A DNA stretch of 64,000 nucleotides from Polyangiaceae bacterium (GTDB taxonomy: Bacteria > Myxococcota_A > Polyangia > Polyangiales > Polyangiaceae). The notes beneath the pieces were generated by a model. That model did not search any database. It saw only the letters and a list, made by a program, of their open reading frames with translations, and was not told where the DNA came from. This document shows, piece by piece, positions 8,378-18,397 of the stretch. The first letter of the stretch is position 1. The number at the start of each line of letters is the position of its first letter. The stretch spans positions 64,001-128,000 of the forward strand of contig CBDCTZ010000014.1 in NCBI GenBank assembly GCA_965222375.1. Direction: 5' to 3'. The position numbers and the translations under genes were made by a program.

Positions 8378-11173
8378 TCATTCAGGTTCGGCCTGTGTCG
8401 CCGTGCTTTCTTCAAGCAGCCCCGGGGGCGAGAGCAAGATGTAGCGGCAGTCGTCTACGGCGACCACCTCGTCGCCGGGACCGCATTGGCTCAGTCGAGT
8501 TGCCTGGTTGTCCGCATCCAGCTCGACGTCCCGGAGCTTGGCCTTTCCCCGCACCATGAACACGTGGCGCGCGCTTTCGACGGGCTGGCTGCCGCCGGCG
8601 CTGGCCTCTATGCGGTTGCCAGCCGCGAGCCAGCGCGCCCGCGCCTCCCGAGACAGAGCGCTGCACTCCGGGGCGTTGGCGACGGCGTTATCGAAACTTC
8701 GCTGCTCGACTTCGGACCACACTGCCGCGCTGAGGGCCGTGTGGGAACGCATCAGGTGCGCGAAGTCTTTCCGCCCGACTTTGCCCAAGGTCACGGGGGT
8801 CGCTGCTCGAGCCGAGGCGTTGCGGGTTTCGCCGGTGAGCAGAGCCATCTCGCCGATGATGTCACCTTTGCCCAAGACGCCGATGAGTAGTTCATCGTCG
8901 CCATGGCCGCGCAAGATGTGAACTGCGCCCCGGGCCACGACGTACAAGCTGTCGCCGGCATCGCCTTCTCGGAACAGGTAGGAGTTGCGCGTGACGACCA
9001 TTTCTTCGGTCATGTCGGCGAGATCTTGCAGTGCTGCTGCATCGAGGCCGCGAAACATGGGCGTCTGAGCTACGAGATCGGCGGTTTCGGGGATGGGGAT
9101 CCGCTGCGCGTGCCGGCCCAGCTGCTTCATGCGGGTTTCGACCTCGGCTAGCTCGGTCTCGGCGACCTGCTCGTCCAAGATCCCCTCGTGGGCCAGTTGC
9201 TTGTACCCGTCCCGTTCCAGATTCAGCTCGATGCGATGCGCCAGCCGCGTTTCGATCGCGTGAGCGACTTCGGGCAGGTGGATTCGAATGTCCTCGATCT
9301 CTTCCCGAGATGCGTTCAGATAGCCCTGGTAGGTTTCGCGGACTTGCTCTCGGAGCTCTTGGTCGCGGGTAATCAGGGTTTCCAAGGACCCGAGGACGCG
9401 CTCGGCGCCGATGCCCTCGGCGCGGGCCAGGTCATAGCGAAGCGCCAAGCCTTCGAAGCTGATTGCGCCGCGTTTGAGCAAAGCGCCCAGCCTCCCGCGC
9501 TGGTCGGCCTTGGCACTGCGTCGGGGCGGAGGCTCGAGATCGGCGCAGGCGATCTTGTCCAACTGCCGCTCCAGCTCCTTCATCAGCATGCGCACGGCCA
9601 CAGGACCCAGAGTGCCTTGACCGAAGGCCTTCCAATACGCCTGCCGCTCCAAGGACAACACGCGAATCCAGGCGTCGGCTTTGCGCTCGCCCTTGGGCGC
9701 CTTCGCGAGTTGCTCGAAGATGCCTTCGGTCTCGGACTTGGCCATGTCCAGGCGCTCGGAGACTGCACGCTTCAGAGCGTCCCAGGGCACTGCTCTGAGT
9801 TGCGCCGATTCCGAAAGCTCGTCGACGTCTGCTTGGACCTTCGCTAACACTTGGCAATTTGCGTTGGCTCTGGCGAGCTGCTCACCCAAAGGAGGCCGGT
9901 CGAAACCCAACTTGGACAGCAGCCGTCCGATCGTCGAGCCGTTGACGAGAATGGTCAGGAACACCACACCGGCGGTCACGAACAAGATCTGCCGGCGCAA
10001 TTCGGCGTCGATGTCCGTCCGCTGAGCAACGAGCAGGGCCAGCGCCAAGGACACCGCACCCCGCAAGCCGCCCCACACGATGATCGCGGAGTCTTTTCGA
10101 CTGACGCCGTCGGAGATCTTGTCCGCGATGGGTTGCGAGAGAAACACCAGCAGCGTCCGGATCGCCATGACTCCGGCGTAGGCGCCTACGACCAGGGCCA
10201 CATCGCGGAAGGTCGCCTGATCCATCTCTTTGGCGATGACGAAACCGACCAAGAAGAAGATCAGCGTGTTGGCGATGTAGCCGAGGGTTCCCCAAAACCG
10301 GTGCAAAAAGTGCTCGACCTCCGGGCTGATCTTGGTGCGCCCGCTGCTGCTCATCCACAGGCCGGACACCACGACCGCCATCACGCCGGAGACGTGCAAC
10401 AAGCCCTCGGCGATGATCATGGACAGATACGCCAAGATCAGAGTCAGCGTGATCTCCGACATCGGGTCGTTGAACAAGCGAGCGATCCAACCCGAGAGCA
10501 AGAAAGTGAGAACCGCGCCGACCAAGAGGCCTCCGCTGACGACCCAAAGGAAAGAGAGGGCGGCTTGGCCGGGGTTCACGCTGCTGGTTTGGCCCGACAG
10601 GAAAGCGAGCAAGACACCGAATACGACGATGGCGGTGCCGTCGTTGAGCAGGCTCTCGCCCTCGATCAGCACGCCCAGACGCTTGGAGACGCCGAGCTCA
10701 CGCAAGATGGCTACGACGGCCACCGGATCCGTCGCGCTTATCAAAGCCCCAAAGACCAGTGCCGCGGGCCAACCCCAGTTCCAAGAGCCGCCCGTGATCC
10801 CGATCATGAACGCCGCGGTGAGCCCCGTCGCCAAGAGCAGTGCTGGCACCGCCAACAGCACGATTGGCCCAATGCTCTTGCGGAACGTGTGTACGTCGAT
10901 GGCATAGGCGCTCTCGAAGACGAGCGCGGGCAGAAAGACGAATAAGATCAGATCCGGCGAGAGGTCGCCGCCTTGTCCGAGCAACATCAGTGGAGCCGGT
11001 GCAGCGCCGGCTTCCGTTAGGCGCTTTAGCCCCAACCCGAGCAAGAGCCCTGCGATCAACACGGCGATCGTGTGGGGGAACTTCGTCTTGGCCGAAAAAA
11101 GCCGCAAACCCGCGCCGATGGCCAGAGCGATACTGACGATGAGAACGCTGGCGAGCTCAGCTCCGTGGTGCAT
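8378..11173 (-). CDS. CPA1 Na+/H+ antiporter with long cytosolic tail and cyclic-nucleotide-binding domain
   Basis: ISATDPVAV, GESLLNDG and GGLRGAVS CPA1 motifs; CNBD LFREGDAGDSLYVV...GEMALL...RNASARA. Confidence 0.92.
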   Translation of the reverse strand: MHHGAELASVLIVSIALAIGAGLRLFSAKTKFPHTIAVLIAGLLLGLGLKRLTEAGAAPAPLMLLGQGGDLSPDLILFVFLPALVFESAYAIDVHTFRKSIGPIVLLAVPALLLATGLTAAFMIGITGGSWNWGWPAALVFGALISATDPVAVVAILRELGVSKRLGVLIEGESLLNDGTAIVVFGVLLAFLSGQTSSVNPGQAALSFLWVVSGGLLVGAVLTFLLSGWIARLFNDPMSEITLTLILAYLSMIIAEGLLHVSGVMAVVVSGLWMSSSGRTKISPEVEHFLHRFWGTLGYIANTLIFFLVGFVIAKEMDQATFRDVALVVGAYAGVMAIRTLLVFLSQPIADKISDGVSRKDSAIIVWGGLRGAVSLALALLVAQRTDIDAELRRQILFVTAGVVFLTILVNGSTIGRLLSKLGFDRPPLGEQLARANANCQVLAKVQADVDELSESAQLRAVPWDALKRAVSERLDMAKSETEGIFEQLAKAPKGERKADAWIRVLSLERQAYWKAFGQGTLGPVAVRMLMKELERQLDKIACADLEPPPRRSAKADQRGRLGALLKRGAISFEGLALRYDLARAEGIGAERVLGSLETLITRDQELREQVRETYQGYLNASREEIEDIRIHLPEVAHAIETRLAHRIELNLERDGYKQLAHEGILDEQVAETELAEVETRMKQLGRHAQRIPIPETADLVAQTPMFRGLDAAALQDLADMTEEMVVTRNSYLFREGDAGDSLYVVARGAVHILRGHGDDELLIGVLGKGDIIGEMALLTGETRNASARAATPVTLGKVGRKDFAHLMRSHTALSAAVWSEVEQRSFDNAVANAPECSALSREARARWLAAGNRIEASAGGSQPVESARHVFMVRGKAKLRDVELDADNQATRLSQCGPGDEVVAVDDCRYILLSPPGLLEESTATQAEPE

Positions 11174-11359
11174 GCCCGCCCTGCTCCGTCTCGCGCTGCC
11201 GCAGGAGCGCTGTGATGTCTCCCGGCACCTGGCCCAGGCGGAAATCCGTCGCGCTTGTCTGCCGCATCTCAGCTCCCCATCGTGCTGACCGCCAGGCTAG
11301 CGCGTTTTTGCTTGAGACACTGCGATGACATGAGTCAAGGTTTTCCGAGGAGGGCCTCA

Positions 11360-12442
11360 ATGAAGACAATCGCGGTGCTGACGTCTGGTGGGGACGCCCC
11401 CGGCATGAACGCCGCCGTGCGATCCGTGGCCAAGGTGGCAGCGGCGCAAGGCTTGCGCGTGCTGGGCGTCCAAAACGGATACGACGGGCTGATGGACGGG
11501 AAGTTCCGTGAGCTGACGCTGGAGCGCGGAGGAATATTGGCGTCCCATCCGGAGCTGGACCTGGTGGGTAATCACGGCGGCACCGTGTTGGGTTCGGCCC
11601 GCAGCGCGCGCTTTCGGACGCCGGAGGGGCGAGCCAAAGCGCTCGAGCACCTGGCACCGATGCACGGTCTGATCGTCATCGGCGGTAACGGTTCTCTGAC
11701 CGGCGCTCACATTCTGGCGCAAGAGACCAAGTTACCCATCATCGGGATCCCGGCGTCCATCGACAACGACGTCGGTTGCACCTCGACAGCCATTGGTGTG
11801 GACACTGCGCTCAACACGATTGTCGAAGCCTGCGACAAGATATCCGACACAGCCCGTGCCCATCATCGCGCCTTCGTGGTCGAGGTCATGGGGCGCCAAT
11901 CCGGCTATCTGGCAATGGCGGGGGGCGTTGCTGCTGGGGCGGACGCGATCCTGATTCGAGAACAGGGGCGCAACAACGATCAGATCGTCGACGCGATGGA
12001 AGGGTGCATTCGTCGCGCCTTCGAGCGTCCCGACAAGCGACGCGTCTTGATCATCAAGAGCGAGGGGGTCGAGATTCCGTGCACCAAGCTGGTGCGCGAG
12101 GTGCAGGCACGGCTGGACACGGACTTGTCCAAGGTGGACGTCCGAGCCACGGTCTTGGGGCATCTGGTGCGCGGAGGGCACCCCTCCTACCAAGATCGCA
12201 TGATCGGCGGACGTTTCGCGGTTGCGGCGCTAGGCATGATCGCTCAGGGCCAATCCGACCAAATGGTCTCCTGGCTGCCGCAACAGGTCGAAGGTGGTCA
12301 AGCGACTTCGGACCCCGCGGTGTTCAGCTTCCCTTTGGATGCGGTGCTTCGGGAAACCGAGGCGCTTCTCGATGGCACCAGCTTGGTCACTCAGTGGCGT
12401 GTGAAGATGTTGGACGCCCTCGAAGGCGCTCTAGCCCTGTGA
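11360..12442 (+). CDS. pfkA: 6-phosphofructokinase
   Basis: IAVLTSGGDAPGMNA, GGTVLGSAR, SIDND, VEVMGR, LGHLVRGG; GAGGAG RBS. Confidence 0.93.
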   Translation: MKTIAVLTSGGDAPGMNAAVRSVAKVAAAQGLRVLGVQNGYDGLMDGKFRELTLERGGILASHPELDLVGNHGGTVLGSARSARFRTPEGRAKALEHLAPMHGLIVIGGNGSLTGAHILAQETKLPIIGIPASIDNDVGCTSTAIGVDTALNTIVEACDKISDTARAHHRAFVVEVMGRQSGYLAMAGGVAAGADAILIREQGRNNDQIVDAMEGCIRRAFERPDKRRVLIIKSEGVEIPCTKLVREVQARLDTDLSKVDVRATVLGHLVRGGHPSYQDRMIGGRFAVAALGMIAQGQSDQMVSWLPQQVEGGQATSDPAVFSFPLDAVLRETEALLDGTSLVTQWRVKMLDALEGALAL

Positions 12443-13900
12443 TGCCGGCTCGCCCAAGTCCACGACGCTGACCTCCAACCCCAGCTCCTTGCCGGCGGCC
12501 TGAGCGAAGCGCGTGCGGCGGGCGTCCGTGGTTCCAAGAAGGCGCACGGCTTCGACCACGTGTCGGTAGGACTGCAGCATTTGATGCGTCAGCTGGTAGG
12601 AACCCAAGCGCTGGACCCCCAACACGACTCGAACCCGATGCTGGGGCTCCCAGCCAGCCTGGCGCGCTCCAAAGCTCTGCAATTCGGCCAGGGTTCCCTC
12701 GTCCTGCAGCGCGGCGCGAGTGTCCATCCACAGCGCTAGATCCGTAAACCCGGTTTCTGCCGCACGTTGGAGCTCTCCGCTCTTCAGCCCGTGGGTCAGC
12801 AGCCATTTGGTCGGCGCGTCTGAGCTTTTGGCTTCAACGGCCAGCGCCGCGTCCAACCCCTGCTCGGCGTACGCCACGAGCTGCCCCGGGCTCGTCCAGT
12901 CCTGTCGGCGCCAAGGTTCGACGCGAGCTAGGGGTGGGGCGAGCCCAGAGCCTTTACGCACGTCCCAATAGCTCAGCCACGCACCGCCACAACGTGTGCG
13001 TAGTGCGCAGCCCCGGCAAGGAGCGCCGTGTTGCTTGTTGCCGCGGTTGTCGATGCCTCGGGAGATCGTTGGCGCGCCAGCGTCCCAGAGTGCGGATGCT
13101 TCCGACGCCTCCACGGAGGTGGAGGCGTCGTCGTCCCAACCGACGCAGAGAGGCAAACCGCAATAGGGGTTTAGCAACATGATGCCGTGGCGGCGTGCGC
13201 ACTGTCGGGCGCGTCGTACTTCCGGAGTTAGCACCGCGTAGTCGGGGAGGAGCTCCAAGTTCTTGCCAGCGCGGCCATGGGGCTGCACCGCGGATAGAGA
13301 AATACAGCGCACCTCGGGCAACCGCGCTGCGACGAAGTCGACGAACTGGCTCACGCGAGTTTGGGTTTGGTGAGCAATGACGGGGTTGAGGGTCACGGAG
13401 ATCTTCGCTTCCAGCAAAGCGTCGATGCCTGCGAGGCACTTGTCGAAGGCGCCCTCGAGCCCCGCGAGGAAGTCGTGGCTTTCTGCGTCGTCCGCGAGCA
13501 ATGAAACGAACGCCGAAGTCGCCCCCGCCTCGGCCAGCGCCCGTGCGTAGTCCTCGGTGATCAGCACGGCATTGGTCTGGATTTCCACGAACGGTACGCC
13601 GCCCGCTCGCGCGCGCCGGACGACCTGTAGCAGCCGATCTCGGTACAATGTGGGCTCACCGCCGGATATGGTGAGAGTCTGTTCGCCGGTCGCAATGAAC
13701 GCGTCGACTTCATTCAGGACGCTCTCGAATTCCGGCGTGGGCTTGGCGTAGTCTTCAACGGGCACGTTGCAGAAGGGGCAACGCTCGTTGCAGGCCATGG
13801 TGAGCCGCAGCAGTCCCTTGGTCTCGTGGGTTGACTCGCCAACCGCGCCCGGCTGCATCACCTTGAGCCGCACCCGCTCAGTTTCCTCGCGACCTTCCAT
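12431..13900 (-). CDS. Radical SAM protein with additional Cys motif and C-terminal extension
   Basis: CNERCPFC, ISGGEPT, IQTNA; later CGLPLC and CRGCALRTRCGG. Confidence 0.85.
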   Translation of the reverse strand: MEGREETERVRLKVMQPGAVGESTHETKGLLRLTMACNERCPFCNVPVEDYAKPTPEFESVLNEVDAFIATGEQTLTISGGEPTLYRDRLLQVVRRARAGGVPFVEIQTNAVLITEDYARALAEAGATSAFVSLLADDAESHDFLAGLEGAFDKCLAGIDALLEAKISVTLNPVIAHQTQTRVSQFVDFVAARLPEVRCISLSAVQPHGRAGKNLELLPDYAVLTPEVRRARQCARRHGIMLLNPYCGLPLCVGWDDDASTSVEASEASALWDAGAPTISRGIDNRGNKQHGAPCRGCALRTRCGGAWLSYWDVRKGSGLAPPLARVEPWRRQDWTSPGQLVAYAEQGLDAALAVEAKSSDAPTKWLLTHGLKSGELQRAAETGFTDLALWMDTRAALQDEGTLAELQSFGARQAGWEPQHRVRVVLGVQRLGSYQLTHQMLQSYRHVVEAVRLLGTTDARRTRFAQAAGKELGLEVSVVDLGEPASQG

Positions 13901-13962
13901 CTAGCGAACCACTCGCCCATGATGACCGTCGGCCACGTGTCGGTCCAGCCTCGGGGAGTGTG

Positions 13963-14160
13963 TCATTCGCGCATAGCGTCTACGGCGGAGACCGAGGACG
14001 CCCGCAAGGCGGGGAAGAAGCCGCCCAGGACGCCATGAGCGCGCCCGCAAACATCTTCACCCGGCCCGCGACGACGGGCCCCACGTCACTCGTTACCTGG
14101 GCGATCACGTAGCCCCTGCTGGTGAGGGTCAGCGAAGCTTGCGCCCAGCGTCATGATTTC
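13963..14160 (-). pseudogene. Remnant of the C-terminus of an FtsX/MacB-like ABC permease
   Basis: Minus strand reads ...FAGALM / VLGGFFPALRASSVSAVDAMRE* across a 1-nt shift near 14033, matching the PA-x-RA...AMR terminal motif. 5' boundary approximate. Confidence 0.55.
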
Positions 14161-14298
14161 CCTGACCTGCACTTCGGGCTTGAACAGCCGCGCCTCGAGC
14201 ATCCTCGGTCAACGGGTCAAGCCGGCTGCGTTTTGGGCAAATCTTGCGCGCCTATCCAGTGCCTCAACTGTCGCGCGAATCGTCCGTTCATTGTCGAT

Positions 14299-14679
14299 AT
14301 GGACGCCTTGCAAAGTGAAGGGCCGGATCGTCGACGTCACCCTCGCGCGCCTCTAGGTGCCGCCGCAGACATCATCGATGAAGTCGGCGAGTGCGCACCC
14401 GCTTCCGTGCGGGACATTTCCATGGGCGGTGCATGCTTGCTCAGCGAGCGTCCCTTGCCGGTTGGATCGACGCTGGACATCAAAGTCACATCTGGACGCT
14501 TGCGCGGTGTGCGACTTCGCGCTCGGGTTGTTCAGGCTCAGCCAGAGGGCGGACAGGTCGGGGTGCGCTTTTCAGATGCACCCTCGCGCATCGAATCGAT
14601 GATTCAAGAAACGGTGCTTGCGGAACTCGGGAAGCTGGCTCAACTCGGTGCGCTGGCTGCAGCCGTCACTTGCGCGTAG
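14299..14679 (+). CDS. PilZ domain protein
   Basis: RRRHPR and DISMGG motifs, VGVRF. Confidence 0.85.
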   Translation: MDALQSEGPDRRRHPRAPLGAAADIIDEVGECAPASVRDISMGGACLLSERPLPVGSTLDIKVTSGRLRGVRLRARVVQAQPEGGQVGVRFSDAPSRIESMIQETVLAELGKLAQLGALAAAVTCA

Positions 14680-14710
14680 GCCGCTCAGACAGCGCGCCAA
14701 GCATGAGTCG

Positions 14711-15313
14711 TCACAGTTTCGAGTTGGGGCCCGGATTGCCCTCGAGCTGCGATCGATCCCAGCTGACGCCGTAGATGCACAGCTCGCTGCTCTTTGCCTG
14801 ACACGAGAGTTCTCGCACGCGCAGCCCGGCAATGCCGGCCATCGAGCCGGCGCGTTCGAAAAAGCTTATCGCCGTCAGACAATTCGTGCGCGTGGCGTGT
14901 CCGCGAAAGTCGTGGTGCAACTCGGTTCCGGTCTCCGTCGTCTCTTCGACCCACGCCTTGCCGTAGTCGTATAGCGAAGGGTACAGGGAAAGCAGCTTCT
15001 CGAAGAACGAGGCAGGGCTTCTGTCATCGGCGAAGAAGCTCTTGTAGGTCGAAGGCAAGTTCTGTTCAGCGGAGAACGCTCCGAGCTGATCGCAAGCTGC
15101 GATGTGATCGTCCCCGAGTTCCTCCACGATGGATTCTTCCAAGGCAGCGACAGCGTCCGAGGGATACCAGGCGCTCGCCAACACGTTCATGGACCAATGG
15201 CTGCTGTGCTCATCGCTCATGCGTTGCAGCACCCGCTCCCAGCCTTCGTCTCCAAATCCGCGCAGCACGAATTCGCGCCGAGTGCGCACGGTAGAGCCCT
15301 TCACGGATGCCAT
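14711..15313 (-). CDS. Myxobacterial conserved hypothetical protein (TIGR02265/V4R-like)
   Basis: MASVKGS...VLASAWYP N-terminus and CQAKSSELCIYGVSW C-terminus. The upstream part of the ORF-track ORF is a shadow of the neighbouring gene. Confidence 0.7.
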   Translation of the reverse strand: MASVKGSTVRTRREFVLRGFGDEGWERVLQRMSDEHSSHWSMNVLASAWYPSDAVAALEESIVEELGDDHIAACDQLGAFSAEQNLPSTYKSFFADDRSPASFFEKLLSLYPSLYDYGKAWVEETTETGTELHHDFRGHATRTNCLTAISFFERAGSMAGIAGLRVRELSCQAKSSELCIYGVSWDRSQLEGNPGPNSKL

Positions 15314-15425
15314 TGCGTGGTGCGACGATCGCACCGAACGGGCGTGGCTGCCAACTTGGGGCGGACAAACCACCGCCCCAAGCCGCTGTTGCTGCGTCCT
15401 GGGGCTCCGTCGAGGGGCGAGAGGC

Positions 15426-17549
15426 TCAGCTACCGCAGGCTGCGGCCCGTCCGGGGCAGCAGTCGTTGTTGGTGACGCAGTACGAGTCGCAATAGCAGGA
15501 GGGATTCGAACCCGGTAGAGGACTCGAGCTGCTGCAGTCGGAGGCCGTGCAGCTCGGCTGGCTGCCGCCGCCCGTGTTGCCCGTGCCGCCGGTATTGCCA
15601 CCGCCGCTGGTTCCACCGGCTCCGCCACCACCGGTTCCAGCCGTGCCGCCGGTGCTACCACCGCCGGTTCCAGCCGTGCCACCGGTGCCACCACCGCCGG
15701 TTCCAGCCGTGCCACCGGTGCCACCACCGCCGGTTCCAGCCATGCCGCCGGTGCCGCCCGTTCCGCCACTGCCGCCCTGGTTCAAGTCGCAATAAGCGGT
15801 CCAGTCATGGGCTTTTTCGGTGTCGTTTTGCACGTCCCGCTGTGAGCAGGGTTCGTCTTCGCTCCAGTCGACCCAGTCGTTGGCCTGGCCCACGGAAGCC
15901 GCATAGTCCTTGAAGACCTGATAGCCACCGTCTTTGTTCATGAACACGGCCGGAGCTACGCACTGGTTCGCCTGCAAGCTCTGGTTGTAGTCCATGATCA
16001 GCTGGTACATGCCGTTGGTCGTCGAGTTCCAGCAGCAGGTCTTGCTGTCGTCGTACTCCAGCTCGGCGAAGACATAGTCCGCGAGGGTGCGGTAGGTCTT
16101 GTCGGTCTCGGCCTTGCTGATGCTGAACTTGGACTGTTGCAGCGCGTAGAGCTCCCGCCAGGCGTCCTCACGCTTGGTGCGCGCCGAGCACGAAGCTGGG
16201 TACTGCTCCAGGTGCTTGCGGGCATCCTTGATGATGTCGACCAGGGCGTCGCGCAGTTGCTCCCGGGGAACTTCGCCCAGTAGGGTCTCGAACTTCGCGG
16301 GGCGCTCCCGGATGGCGTCGTAGTCGCTGCTGTTCACCCAGTTCGCCTCGTCGGCGTTCATCCAGGTGTTGGTCCACTTGTTGTTCCAATTCTTGGCCAC
16401 ACGCCAGCGCTTGATGCCGCCGCCCAGAGTTGCGTACTCCTTGCCGTCGCTGCTCGTGCCCACGCCACCGGTGCGGTTGTCCGTGAAGGTGTGCTTGGAG
16501 GAAACCGAGCTTTCCCACTTGGGTTGACGACGGGGCATGGAGCCGCTGACGAGCTGCGCGTCGAGGCGCCCGCCTGCGATGGGAGTGACGCTCTTGACCA
16601 CGAGCACGTGGCCGATTCCTTGAGCCTGCCAGCGCTTGACCAGGACGTCGCCCTCGTCCAGCGCCTCCGGCTTCAAGTTGTAGGTGTTGCGGGGGTTGGC
16701 CAGGTTGATGCTGCCGAAATAGGACAGCAGATGCAGCGCAAAGTGGCCCACGCGCTTGTTGAGGTGAACCTCGTCGAAGTAGGCGCCAGCCTTGGCACCT
16801 TCGAAGATGTAGTCCATCTCGTCGCCGCCGCCGTATAGACCCTTGGAGCGGAGCTTGGAGTCTTCGGGCCAGGCGCCGCCCGAATAGCTGTCGGTGTGAT
16901 CCTTGTAGTAGCTCTTGTACTTGGGCATGTTCTTGTAGCGACCGTTTGCGGTCACTGCGCCCATATGACCGAAGTACACGCGCTTGCCCTCAGAGTCCGT
17001 GGTCGTCATGTAAAAGGGCAGGTTGTACCAAGCCGCGAAGGTCAGCCGCAGGAACATGGCCACCTCGGCACACTCCAACTTGGGTGACTTGAAGGTCTTG
17101 CCCCATGGAGTCGTCATCTCAAAGGTGTCGCCTCCCCAGGAGCTCTCGGCGGGGATCTTCTTCATGGCGGCGATCCAGGCCGTGTACTTCTCGTCCCAAT
17201 TCAAGCCGCTGTTGGCCGACCAGGCCATGCCGGCTTCCTTGGCAGCCGTGGTGCTGGTGTCCTCCCACTTGTTCTTGACGGTCCAGACCGCGGTGTTGCC
17301 GCTGTCGAAGCTGGTGGACGGACCCGGCACGCCGCCGTTGTCGGCCTTGCCCCCCAAGGGGCCTTCCGAGTCCATCGGAGAAACGCCGAACTCGTCGTAG
17401 TACGGATCCGAACCGCTCCCGGAGTCGCTGCTATCCGAGCTACAGCCCACCGCGCTCAGGGTCACGGATGCCAGTCCAACGACGGTGAATTTTGCGACTC
17501 GCGTCGCGCTCCAAGTCCAAGCGTTCGTCATGGTCTTTCCATTTTGCAC
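15426..17549 (-). CDS. Large secreted lipoprotein: putative Cys/His catalytic domain, Gly/Thr linker, somatomedin-B-like C-terminus
   Basis: GGAGGT RBS before GTG at 17549, lipobox AVGC, GKAD motif, LECAEV and GHVLVV, terminal CYCDSYCVTNNDCC. Confidence 0.8.
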   Translation of the reverse strand: MQNGKTMTNAWTWSATRVAKFTVVGLASVTLSAVGCSSDSSDSGSGSDPYYDEFGVSPMDSEGPLGGKADNGGVPGPSTSFDSGNTAVWTVKNKWEDTSTTAAKEAGMAWSANSGLNWDEKYTAWIAAMKKIPAESSWGGDTFEMTTPWGKTFKSPKLECAEVAMFLRLTFAAWYNLPFYMTTTDSEGKRVYFGHMGAVTANGRYKNMPKYKSYYKDHTDSYSGGAWPEDSKLRSKGLYGGGDEMDYIFEGAKAGAYFDEVHLNKRVGHFALHLLSYFGSINLANPRNTYNLKPEALDEGDVLVKRWQAQGIGHVLVVKSVTPIAGGRLDAQLVSGSMPRRQPKWESSVSSKHTFTDNRTGGVGTSSDGKEYATLGGGIKRWRVAKNWNNKWTNTWMNADEANWVNSSDYDAIRERPAKFETLLGEVPREQLRDALVDIIKDARKHLEQYPASCSARTKREDAWRELYALQQSKFSISKAETDKTYRTLADYVFAELEYDDSKTCCWNSTTNGMYQLIMDYNQSLQANQCVAPAVFMNKDGGYQVFKDYAASVGQANDWVDWSEDEPCSQRDVQNDTEKAHDWTAYCDLNQGGSGGTGGTGGMAGTGGGGTGGTAGTGGGGTGGTAGTGGGSTGGTAGTGGGGAGGTSGGGNTGGTGNTGGGSQPSCTASDCSSSSPLPGSNPSCYCDSYCVTNNDCCPGRAAACGS
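15560..15775. repeat. ~30-bp tandem repeats encoding a GGTAGTGGGG linker
   Basis: Repeated ccaccgccggttccagccgtgccaccggtg-like units within the CDS. Confidence 0.75.
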
Positions 17550-17715
17550 GGGATCACCTCCGATGCTCAATGCGCGCCGTTTAGCGCCTTTGCGGCGTGG
17601 TGGCCCCATATTTTCCAGTGACCAACTTCGGCCTGCTGGCCGGTACGCTCAAGTGCCAGGAACTAAACGACTATCAGCGCTGATTCTGGCTCCCGACGAG
17701 TGCTAGAATCCCAGC

Positions 17716-18354
17716 ATGGCTCGGTATTCGGTGTGCTGCGCGCTATTGCTACTGGCCGGCTGCGGCAGCGATTCGGATGAGACGGGCGGGGCCGGGGGAG
17801 CCAGCGGCTCCTCGGGAACCGCTGGCGCCGCGGCCGACGCCGGGGGCGCGAGTGGGGGAGGTGCGGGCACATCGTCTGGCGGGTTGGGGGGCGGTAGTGG
17901 CGGAGGCGCGGCGTCCGGGGGGGCCGGAGGTGCGGGCGCGGGCGGCGCCGGCACGGGTGGCGCCAGCACGGGCGGGACCGGGACGGGCGGCGCGGGCGGC
18001 GCCAATACGGGTGGGACTGGGACCGGCGCGGTTCAGTGCGGGCCCGCGACCTGTAATCTACAGAGCCAGTTCTGCTGCGCCCAATACAACCAAACGCCCC
18101 AGTGCAAAGCCCATGGCGGAACCTGTACCTACAGTGTCGAAGTACGCTGCGATGGTCCAGAGGATTGCCCCGGCCAAGTCTGCTGCGGCAAGCTGTTCAT
18201 TCAAGGCAAGAACAAGTCGTATACAGACCTTTCCTGCCAGGCCTCGTGCGACAAGTCCGATGAGAACGTCATTTGCGGCGCGGCCGGGTCGTGCCCCGGG
18301 TCGATGACGTGCAAAACCAGCCTACTCCTGCCGCCGTACCGAGACTGCCAGTAG
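17716..18354 (+). CDS. Gly-rich, Cys-rich lipoprotein
   Basis: LLLAGC lipobox, Gly linker, CDGPEDCPGQVCCG Cys-rich domain. Confidence 0.85.
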   Translation: MARYSVCCALLLLAGCGSDSDETGGAGGASGSSGTAGAAADAGGASGGGAGTSSGGLGGGSGGGAASGGAGGAGAGGAGTGGASTGGTGTGGAGGANTGGTGTGAVQCGPATCNLQSQFCCAQYNQTPQCKAHGGTCTYSVEVRCDGPEDCPGQVCCGKLFIQGKNKSYTDLSCQASCDKSDENVICGAAGSCPGSMTCKTSLLLPPYRDCQ

Positions 18355-18397
18355 AGCCCCCATACCCGCCGCCTGAGCCCCGACTTGGTGGTGCCCG

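Noticed and set aside
12431..14298. RiPP cluster around the radical SAM gene
   Set aside because: No convincing precursor peptide, peptidase or intact transporter is adjacent.
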